Virus record (IMG/VR): IMGVR_UViG_3300031715_000001
Location: 32,001 to 96,000 of that record
Direction: 5' to 3' (one strand)
Length of the DNA stretch: 64,000 nucleotides
Source: a virus
The position numbers and the translations under genes are program-made. This document shows, one piece after another, positions 56,703 to 64,000 of the stretch (positions within the stretch are counted from its first letter, which is position 1; each line of letters begins with the position of its first letter). The notes beneath the pieces are model-generated. The model worked only from the letters and a program-made list of their open reading frames with translations. It had not been told where the DNA came from and searched no databases.

Positions 56703-57257
56703 TTACTTGTTCGCATCGGCCGCTCTCTTGTCCGCATCGGCCGCTCTCTTGTCCGCATCGGCCGCTTTCTTTTTCTCGGCGTTCAATTGGTCCTCGCAGT
56801 CGGGATCCTTTCCCGGTTGAAAGTCTTTTTCCGGTAGAGGGGGGTTGGCGAGGGGCGGCATGAAACGGCCTTGTTGGGTCGGCGCCGGCACGAGAACAGC
56901 CTCGGGAGCGAGGCGAAGAGGAGGTTCCCCTTCGGGCTGCACGGGCGCTGGGACCACTGGCGCCGTGTAAGCCGCCCGGATCGCCGCGCCGATATTTCTG
57001 CCGATGGACCCGGTTTTGGGGAACTGCTCGGCTATCGCTACGTCGCGGCCCATCTGGTCCAGAACTCCCTGGTTGTAGCCGCGCTGATAATCTTCGTCGG
57101 CCAGTGCCAGGCGCGAGGCGGTGTCGGTAATGGCACGCTCGCGCGTGAATTGTTTGTAGTCTTCCGGATTCACGCGGCTGTGCTCGAGTTCATCCTTGAC
57201 GAGCCGGGGTTTGCCTGGGTTTTGGGGATCCGGGATATAGCGGGGATGATGTTCCAT
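56703..57257 (-). CDS. Hypothetical late protein with C-terminal AADADKR repeats
   Basis: Three 21-bp repeats at about 56707-56769. Confidence 0.6.
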   Translation of the reverse strand: MEHHPRYIPDPQNPGKPRLVKDELEHSRVNPEDYKQFTRERAITDTASRLALADEDYQRGYNQGVLDQMGRDVAIAEQFPKTGSIGRNIGAAIRAAYTAPVVPAPVQPEGEPPLRLAPEAVLVPAPTQQGRFMPPLANPPLPEKDFQPGKDPDCEDQLNAEKKKAADADKRAADADKRAADANK

Positions 57258-57269
57258 AAAAACTCCTTT

Positions 57270-57695
57270 TTAGTTCGTGCTCCAGTAGGAAACGATCACG
57301 GTGTCACCCGAGTGCGTTCCATCGATACAGGCCATCGCCAGGTCTTCCCGGTCCGAGGGTGTGTTCCCGTTGGCTCCCTGGGGATCGGATAGGCTATTGC
57401 CCGGCGAGGTCGACGTGCCGGGGCCGAGTTCGGCCGTCAATTGGGAGGGGTCGGTCGCGCTGCACGCGGTAGCGGCGGGAACGCCAAGCATGACGTACAC
57501 GAGGCCCGTGCTGTTGTGGCGATTCTGAACAAATAAGCGGTCGACCAGCGTGGATTTGATCGCCAGGCGGATGGGCGTGCCGGCGGTGATCGTTAAGAAG
57601 CCGCCACCGGAGGCCACCACATTGACGCGGCGGGCGTCCGCTAGCGGCGCGGTAAGAAATAGAATTGCAAGCAGCGATAGGGCGAGCCGTTTCAT
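57270..57695 (-). CDS. Signal-peptide protein
   Basis: MKRLALSLLAILFLTAPLADA. Confidence 0.65.
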   Translation of the reverse strand: MKRLALSLLAILFLTAPLADARRVNVVASGGGFLTITAGTPIRLAIKSTLVDRLFVQNRHNSTGLVYVMLGVPAATACSATDPSQLTAELGPGTSTSPGNSLSDPQGANGNTPSDREDLAMACIDGTHSGDTVIVSYWSTN

Positions 57696-57812
57696 TCGGA
57701 TGTTCCTCGGTTGAAGAAAAAGGGGGAGAGAGCGGCGACTCGGTCGGATCGCCACTCTCTCGCGTAGGGGAAGGACCCCGGCACTCTGCAGCGACGTTAG
57801 TCGGTGCCGGCC

Positions 57813-58487
57813 TTAGAATACGACAGTGCCTTCGCTATAGACGGTGTAAGCCGGATTGATCACGTTGGTGATCACCACCCGGAAGCGTTTGCTGTTGTTC
57901 TGCGCCACGGTAACGGTGCCGACAATCGTCGCGCCCGTACCAGCCACCAAGGTAATGGCGAACGCGCCGGCCGAAGAGTTGAGAATCGTGAACTCGAAGC
58001 TCTGGTCGATGAAGGGCGTGCAATAAGACCCGATCGAGGCCAGCAGAAGCGTTGCCGTCGGCAGGGTATAGTTGGCCGCGGCGGTAGGAACCCCGAGAAT
58101 CAGGATGCCCAACAGTTGCTCGGGCGTCAGAGTGACGGTGCCGATCAGATTGGCGATGTTGACGGTCTCGAATGAGGGCGTGAGGCGGCTGTAAAGCCCG
58201 AGACCTTGCTCCATGAAGGGCGGAAAGTCTTTTTCAGCTCCAGCCCAGACCAGCGCGCCGGCGCCGTGATAGCGGGCCGCCGATCCGAGTACCCCGCGGT
58301 TGGTCGCTACGATGAAATTCACGGGATCGACGATGGAATCGACTTCCAGGCCTTCGCGTCCGATCCAGAGGATGGTCCGGTTGGATTTGTTAGGTCCGGG
58401 AGCGGTAATGCCAGTGAGCGACCCCAGGGTGACGTTCTTGTCGGTGGGCTGAATGGTCGAGGTGAGAGAGGTGACTACGATAGACAT
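57813..58487 (-). CDS. Capsid decoration-like protein
   Basis: Directly after the coat gene; YTLPTA motif. Confidence 0.6.
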   Translation of the reverse strand: MSIVVTSLTSTIQPTDKNVTLGSLTGITAPGPNKSNRTILWIGREGLEVDSIVDPVNFIVATNRGVLGSAARYHGAGALVWAGAEKDFPPFMEQGLGLYSRLTPSFETVNIANLIGTVTLTPEQLLGILILGVPTAAANYTLPTATLLLASIGSYCTPFIDQSFEFTILNSSAGAFAITLVAGTGATIVGTVTVAQNNSKRFRVVITNVINPAYTVYSEGTVVF

Positions 58488-58533
58488 GATTGGTTGTTCT
58501 CCTTATTTGCTGTCTTTTCTTCAAGCCCGCTTT

Positions 58534-59793
58534 TTACAGCGAGCAGATCAGACAAGCCTTTCTCGATTGGCCAACCAGCGTGCCCAAAAGCATGTCTAGC
58601 CGTGTGACCACCTCGCCCGACATCACATCGGAAGCGCGCCAGACGCGCATCCCGATCTTCATGATCTTCGAGCGCGTGCGCCCGGAGAGTTTGTCGACGT
58701 CGGCCGGAAGCACGAGGTTCGGTGAGGCGTAAACCAGCGCCGATTTGTGCATGGCGATTCCCACCGTGAAAGTGATGCTGGAGATGGCGTTCATCGTGGC
58801 GCCGGTGGGTTGGCCCCAGATGAATACGGGAGCGTTGGCGGCCGGAAGCGCGGAAACGTTGGCGTAAGCGGTGCCGAACTCGATTGCCTCGGTGAGGGTA
58901 ACGGTCACGGTCCCGGTGTTCGAGGAATTACAGGCGGCCGCAACGGTGAAAGCCTGCAGATCGCCTGGATAGACGACACCCAAGACCGGGTGCACCATGG
59001 CGCAGCCGGTAAACTGCAGCTTGTCGCCTTGCAGAAGGACGCCGGTGATGCTGTTCGCAAAACCGGAGAGGTTGATCGAAGTGCCGGATTGATTGGCTCC
59101 AGCAACAAGCGGAACCGCGCCGGTGAAATTACCGGTGGTTTGCTGATAGAGCGCCTGTTCCATGTACCAGGTCGCTCCGCCGAATTCTCCCATCTTGCCG
59201 GCCATCGAACCAGTCCGATAGCGTTCGCTGATTTCGGCGGTGGGGTTGAAGAACGTGCGTCCGGTCGCGGTCGCCTTCTGATCCATCGCGGCGTCGACCA
59301 GGATGTGTCTTACTCCGCCCATGCCGGCGGGCGTTCCACCTTGACTCAGTAGCCGGTGGGCGTCTTGGTAGACATCGAGCGAGGTCGGTACGACGCCCGG
59401 AGTACCTACGAAATTCGAAACGCCGAGCGCCATGGTCTGAGTGGCGGATTTCGCGGCGGCGGCCCCGATGGCGTCCACGTGGGGCTCGAGGACTTGTTCT
59501 TTGAAGTCGTTCAATTCCATCGACAGCATGCGGTCGGTCAAAAGTGAGTCCGAACCGAAGGCGGGAGGAATGACCATTGTGACCAGGCGCTCGTCGATGG
59601 CCTGGGGTTGTGCGCGCTCTCCGCGGCGCGATTGCATGTAAACGGGCAACCGGATGGCGATCGTATCGCCTTTTACCGGAGAATTCGCCCATTGGGGATC
59701 GTAGCGGCCGTCTGCCAATTGCAGGATGACGGAATTCTGGCTATACCGCTCCATCGCTTCGTCGAGGATGATGTCGCTAGTTAATAGAGGCAA
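58534..59793 (-). CDS. Major capsid protein (P22 coat family)
   Basis: KGDTIAIRLP, VGTPG, LQGD, RLDMLLG. Confidence 0.85.
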   Translation of the reverse strand: MPLLTSDIILDEAMERYSQNSVILQLADGRYDPQWANSPVKGDTIAIRLPVYMQSRRGERAQPQAIDERLVTMVIPPAFGSDSLLTDRMLSMELNDFKEQVLEPHVDAIGAAAAKSATQTMALGVSNFVGTPGVVPTSLDVYQDAHRLLSQGGTPAGMGGVRHILVDAAMDQKATATGRTFFNPTAEISERYRTGSMAGKMGEFGGATWYMEQALYQQTTGNFTGAVPLVAGANQSGTSINLSGFANSITGVLLQGDKLQFTGCAMVHPVLGVVYPGDLQAFTVAAACNSSNTGTVTVTLTEAIEFGTAYANVSALPAANAPVFIWGQPTGATMNAISSITFTVGIAMHKSALVYASPNLVLPADVDKLSGRTRSKIMKIGMRVWRASDVMSGEVVTRLDMLLGTLVGQSRKACLICSL

Positions 59794-59880
59794 GTGAGGT
59801 CTCCCGAGTTCAGGCGCGCTTCAAGCGGCCCGAGAATTGGGGAGCGAAGGATCGAGTCTTCGGTAGCCTGGGGACGAACC

Positions 59881-61161
59881 CTACATCTCTCCGCGTTCCT
59901 TGCGCAGTTTGCGCCGGGCGTCGGAGTCCATGGGGTCTACATCTTCCGGTTTCAAAGTCGGTGCCGCGCTGCGACCCTTAATGGGCGTGGGCGACGGCTC
60001 TTCTCTCCGGGGTGGCTGGTTGGGTGAAGTCTGCTGGGGGGCCGCTGCTGCAGCAGCTGCGGCAAGCGGGGGAACTGCGGCGACTGGCGCGGCTGGCGGT
60101 TTGGTTTCGCTCTTGAGCTTATAGCGGAAAATGGCGATCTCCTGAGCGGCGACGTAAAGCGCTTGCGATACCTCGTCCGGCGTCTTGGGATCTCCTACTT
60201 TCTTGACTATTTCTTCCAGTTCCGCTTGATGAGCGGGTTGAGCGAGCTCGTACGCCAGTTCAAGTCCATCGGGCAACGACTCTACGAGCAGGTGCCGCAT
60301 GATTTTGTTGGTATTGTCCCGGCCGAAGTTGGCGGCGTCGGTTTCCCTGTCGAAGTTGGGATGCGCCTGACGCACATCGCTCAACCTCTTGGTGATACCT
60401 TCGTTACGCTTGACTTCGGTCTGGCGCTGCGTGTCGCGTTCGCGCTGGGCCGTATCCACCCGCTGTTTCTCGGTTTGATCGAAAGCTCGCCTCTTATCGT
60501 TCCAGTCGACTAGCTTCTCGGTGTACTCGGTACGCGCTTCCTCGAGCGCCGCTACCGGGTCGTCCTGATCGGCATAATCTTCCAGTTTGGGCCGGGCGGG
60601 TCTCGCTTCGGAGAATTCAACGGGCTTAATGGGCTCTTCTGCTTTGGCGGGTTCCTTTGCGGGCGTAGCTGCGGGTTGAGGAGTAGCTACCAGCGATGAC
60701 GGGGTAGATGGTTGTGCCACCCGCGCCCGTAATTCGGCAATCGTAGCTTCCTGGACCGCAAGCTTGCGCGCATCCTCGGATCTGGCCGTTTCGAGTTCAT
60801 GCAGCCGTTTGGTACGTTTGGCGTGTCTCCCTAGCTTTTCTTCATCAGATTTGGTCGATTCGGCCTGATATTCAGCTCGTGTTTCTGCGTCGATCGCTTC
60901 GTGCTCCTCGGCAGCGGGCGCGCCGGCGGCAGGTACTGCCTTTTCAGGGGCAGGTGGTGCTGCAGCGCTCTTGTCTGGCTCGGGGGGTGCGGGCGTCTTC
61001 GGTTCGGCTGGCTTATCGGCCGGTTGGTGCTGTTCTTCCCCCGACTCTTCGACTTGGACGTCGTAGCCCTTGTCCTTAAAGTGGGCAAGCGTTGCCGCCT
61101 GTTCCTCGGGGGATTGTTCTACGGCGTTCTCAAATGTTCTGTCGTCTAAAGCAGAGGGCAT
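59881..61161 (-). CDS. Scaffolding protein
   Basis: Charged coiled coil, PKLEDY, basic C-terminus; upstream of the coat gene. Confidence 0.75.
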   Translation of the reverse strand: MPSALDDRTFENAVEQSPEEQAATLAHFKDKGYDVQVEESGEEQHQPADKPAEPKTPAPPEPDKSAAAPPAPEKAVPAAGAPAAEEHEAIDAETRAEYQAESTKSDEEKLGRHAKRTKRLHELETARSEDARKLAVQEATIAELRARVAQPSTPSSLVATPQPAATPAKEPAKAEEPIKPVEFSEARPARPKLEDYADQDDPVAALEEARTEYTEKLVDWNDKRRAFDQTEKQRVDTAQRERDTQRQTEVKRNEGITKRLSDVRQAHPNFDRETDAANFGRDNTNKIMRHLLVESLPDGLELAYELAQPAHQAELEEIVKKVGDPKTPDEVSQALYVAAQEIAIFRYKLKSETKPPAAPVAAVPPLAAAAAAAAPQQTSPNQPPRREEPSPTPIKGRSAAPTLKPEDVDPMDSDARRKLRKERGEM

Positions 61162-61434
61162 TTTCCTATGTCAAGAGTGAGGCATGAAACGCGGTTTACC
61201 TAGGATTGGCCGGTAATACATGCCGATGTGAATTGGCTTGTATCCGCGCTACTTCCGAGTGCATGACACGCGCGATCAGTCCAATTTCGGAATCCTGGAC
61301 GTGCATGCGATGGTCCCGGCCGTCCCGCCAGCGATGGGAGCCGCATTCCGGACACCGCCGGCACTCCGGGCGTCCATTGCGTTTCTTCCACCAGTGGCGG
61401 CAGATGTGACAAGTACGTAGTAATGAATCGATCA

Positions 61435-61674
61435 TCAGGCGTCGTTCCATCCATCGCTGCGTTTGCGCCGCTTCTTCACACGGAGTCTCCGGTAGCCGTA
61501 TTTCTGCTTGGGCGGCACTGTGTGCTCCGGTAAATCCGATTCCTTGGTTGCGGCGAAGTCGTGGAGTTGCTGGTGTGGCATCTTCAGCAATCCTTTATTG
61601 CGTGCGTAGAGTTGCTCCGGATGGTGCTCCGCGATCGCCATCACGGTTCGCTGTGCTTTGCTTATGGATGGCAC
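61435..61674 (-). CDS. DUF3008-like small phage protein
   Basis: MPSISKAQR...LHDFAATK...LPEH. Confidence 0.65.
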   Translation of the reverse strand: MPSISKAQRTVMAIAEHHPEQLYARNKGLLKMPHQQLHDFAATKESDLPEHTVPPKQKYGYRRLRVKKRRKRSDGWNDA

Positions 61675-61773
61675 GGTGTTTTTCCTTCTGCCACTGAGAT
61701 TAAGTACTGCGAAAAACCGTGTTCGGTACTAATTGGAGATGACACGCGGGTTAAAAGCGCATAGCATTGAGCA

Positions 61774-62580
61774 ATGCCAATCCAGAATACGAAGGTCTGC
61801 ACGAAGTGTGGTCGCGAATTGCCCACATCATCTTTCTGGGTTACCAAAACGCGGAACAACTATATTCACGCACGCTGCAAGGACTGTGACATTAGCGCCA
61901 AGCGCTCCACCGTGCGAGAGTTTAATCGTTCCGCCGCCCTCTGTGAGAATGGGCACGACGATTGGCAAGTCAACGCGAATGGATTCCGCTATTGCGTAAC
62001 GTGCAAGCGTGCTGCTGGTAAGCCGCTATCCAGAAAAGAGCACAACAAACGGCAGGCTCAAAGAAAGCGGAATCTTGCTTCGAAACGCGGTCACCCATTG
62101 TGCGCTTGTGGTTGCGGCGACCGGGTGGTTATCGAAAGTTCTAGATTTCTCAAAGGACACGGACGGGATCCTTGGACTTTATGCGCAAATGGGCATTTGC
62201 TTTCGGAGACTCGGAAAAGGCACCCCAACGGGGATACCTTTTGCTCTGTTTGTAGAAATGGGCGCTCGAAGAAGTTTGCGGAGGATCATAGGGATAGGCT
62301 TCCAGCGTACAACCGAAAATCCAAGATCAAACGATCTTATGGCCTGACCACGCGAGACTTTGAGGCCCTCCTCGAATCCCAGGGCGGGGTATGCGCCATC
62401 TGCGGCGGCCAAGATTGGGGTTTTCGCGGTCCCCATATCGATCATGACCATAAGACCGATAAGATTCGCGGCGTTCTCTGCCATCGGTGCAACACAGGGC
62501 TTGGACTCCTGCGCGATAGCGAAGATATTCTAATGAAGGCCATATCCTATTTGGCCAGCCGAAATCAGCGAGCCGCCTGA
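61774..62580 (+). CDS. Homing endonuclease (EndoVII-type HNH)
   Basis: QGGVCAIC...HIDHDHKTDKIRGVLCHRCNTGLG; antisense. Confidence 0.85.
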   Translation: MPIQNTKVCTKCGRELPTSSFWVTKTRNNYIHARCKDCDISAKRSTVREFNRSAALCENGHDDWQVNANGFRYCVTCKRAAGKPLSRKEHNKRQAQRKRNLASKRGHPLCACGCGDRVVIESSRFLKGHGRDPWTLCANGHLLSETRKRHPNGDTFCSVCRNGRSKKFAEDHRDRLPAYNRKSKIKRSYGLTTRDFEALLESQGGVCAICGGQDWGFRGPHIDHDHKTDKIRGVLCHRCNTGLGLLRDSEDILMKAISYLASRNQRAA

Positions 62581-62607
62581 AACCGCCCTTGCCGGGGAGA
62601 AGAGGCA

Positions 62608-63033
62608 TTACGCCATCGTCACGCCTTGGAGGTTGACGACTTTCCACTTTCCGTTGTATGCCACTAGCTCGATGCCGCCGCCCGCATTAGCCGCAAACGT
62701 CGCGGTGTTCACATGCGCTGCTCCGTCCTGGAATAGTCCCGTGGCGGTGATAACGTGGGCTTGGGCGGTATCGCTGGTGAAGACCAGCCTGACTCCGTCG
62801 TCCCCATTGGCTGACTGCGCGCCAGCGGTAGGGGCCGGAAGCGTGATGGCGCAGGCCCCGGCGGCGTAGGTGATCACGTAAACCGCCGAAACATGCTGAT
62901 TGATGAGCGCCGTAGAGAGCGGGAGCGGAATTGGGAAATAAGGCACTTGCCCGAGAGCAACCGCCTTGACTACCTTGATGGCATCGTTGGCGATAACACC
63001 GCCATCTTGCTGGACTTTCACATTGAGGGACAT
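62608..63033 (-). CDS. Virion structural/decoration-like protein
   Basis: AITLPAPT...beta-rich. Confidence 0.6.
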   Translation of the reverse strand: MSLNVKVQQDGGVIANDAIKVVKAVALGQVPYFPIPLPLSTALINQHVSAVYVITYAAGACAITLPAPTAGAQSANGDDGVRLVFTSDTAQAHVITATGLFQDGAAHVNTATFAANAGGGIELVAYNGKWKVVNLQGVTMA

Positions 63034-63146
63034 TTTAGATTTCTCCTTTGAATTCGAATTGGGATGAGTAGGGGCTTTGCGGGCGCCACGTCGGCGCAGC
63101 ACGCAGTCTATGGGTTGCTTCATTTATTTCACGAACCGAGATCTGA

Positions 63147-63203
63147 GGGGCACCCATCTTCGGTCGATGCCGCCGAGCGCGTTGGGGATTTGCGGTCCGG
63201 TTA
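63147..63203 (+). repeat. Truncated long-form element plus TAACCGGACCGC
   Basis: GGGGCACCCATCTTCGGTCGATGCCG...GCGTTGGGG. Confidence 0.65.
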
Positions 63204-63488
63204 CCTGGGCTTGGTGGTCCTACAGTTGCAATCGAAGGTGTCCCAGATGGCGCAGTCTTTGTGATGCGTGACCATACCGTGTGCAGCGGCGCGCTCTACC
63301 TGACGCGCCGCCGCTCCCAGAAAAAGCGCTGTCGTGGTGGGGTCTTCTGAAACCGCGATGCCGTGCATGTCGATCTCGCCGTTGCTCATGAAGGCGTGGT
63401 CGTAGCCGGCTGCTTTCAGTTTCAGTTTGATCTCCTGGTATGCATCCGAAGAGACTTCCAGTACCACGTAGGTGTGTGTGTTATGCAT
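63201..63488 (-). CDS. Hypothetical cargo-like protein
   Basis: THTYVVLEVS..AY.EI..KLKAAGYDHAF; stop lies in the submotif. Confidence 0.6.
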   Translation of the reverse strand: MHNTHTYVVLEVSSDAYQEIKLKLKAAGYDHAFMSNGEIDMHGIAVSEDPTTTALFLGAAARQVERAAAHGMVTHHKDCAIWDTFDCNCRTTKPR

Positions 63489-63960
63489 CGTTCCATCCAT
63501 CGCTGTGTTGCTTTTTTACGCGTATAACCGCGTGCGCTTTTCGTCCGCCCGCAATCAACTGAATCAGAGCCGGGGTCGTCAGCTTAGCGCGCTTCGGATC
63601 CGCTTCCCAGAGATTGCAGCAACCCATTGGGTCGATCTTGCCCGGTGTTGCCCCCGGTGACCGCTTATCCACGCGCTTGCAATCGTCGGGCGCTTCTAAT
63701 TCCTCGCAACGCCGGCACCCGAACCCTGGTTTATTCTCGACGTATCCGGTTTCGATTCGGGTCTTGTCGTGATTGCCTTCGATCCGTCCCTTGCTTAGAT
63801 CTTTCCAGTCGTTGCATCCGCCGAATGGCTTCACGTCTTCATCAGACTTTACGTAGTCGGTGCACTTCCCTTTAGAAGAGATGAAGGCACACTCACTACA
63901 GTGCAGTTCGCATCCGGAGGCAAGAATGTACCCGGCTTCTGCTTTCGTGAGTTTTTCCAA
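63481..63960 (-). CDS. Tandem HiPIP-like Cys-rich protein
   Basis: Two CxxC...C...GxCxxW units. Confidence 0.55.
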   Translation of the reverse strand: MEKLTKAEAGYILASGCELHCSECAFISSKGKCTDYVKSDEDVKPFGGCNDWKDLSKGRIEGNHDKTRIETGYVENKPGFGCRRCEELEAPDDCKRVDKRSPGATPGKIDPMGCCNLWEADPKRAKLTTPALIQLIAGGRKAHAVIRVKKQHSDGWNDA

Positions 63961-63972
63961 TGAGGTTTATTC

Positions 63973-64000
63973 CGTCTCGTGCCGCCCTGGAGTTGCGGCA
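63973..64000 (+). repeat. Hairpin element (left end of a cassette continuing beyond the window)
   Basis: CGTCTCGTGCCG-CCCTGGAGTTG-CGGCA, the exact reverse complement of part of 4334-4369. Confidence 0.75.

Noticed and set aside
61196-61454. Cys-rich ORFs between the scaffold and DUF3008 genes
   Set aside because: 61196-61450 may be a real Zn-ribbon gene, but several overlapping frames compete and I could not resolve them.
473-64000. Hairpin elements as CRISPR repeats, rho-independent terminators or hammerhead ribozymes
   Set aside because: They are dispersed and inverted rather than tandem with spacers, and have no U-tract. CTGAGG and CGAAAC fall on opposite strands, and no CUGANGA precedes the stem.

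Overview
Left and middle part of a temperate, P22-like (podovirus-type) prophage or phage. The host is probably Acidobacteriota, inferred from the KGG protein, a PEP-CTERM-like protein and Gln-terminated signal peptides. Gene order: tyrosine integrase (truncated by the window edge) and excisionase; Cro-like and RHH regulators; small early genes; an orphan TnpB; a + strand cluster of exported proteins; a ~20 kb run of Gly/Thr/Ser-rich fibre-like genes, nearly all with Sec-type signal peptides; a 3151-aa multi-domain ejection protein; then gp20/gp7/gp14/gp10/gp4-like genes, a P22-type coat protein and scaffold. Two free-standing EndoVII homing endonucleases are inserted antisense. The most striking unexplained structure is a dispersed family of about 25 hairpin elements (CGTYTYG-stem-NNCTGN5-6-stem-GTTGGGG) whose stems covary between copies. 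They occur mostly as inverted pairs bracketing small accessory genes inserted at junctions between core phage genes, which suggests a hairpin-bounded gene-cassette ('moron') system. It has a ~100-nt long variant and a stop-codon-linked TAAMCGGACTGC submotif. All family assignments come from motif recognition by eye, not database searches.
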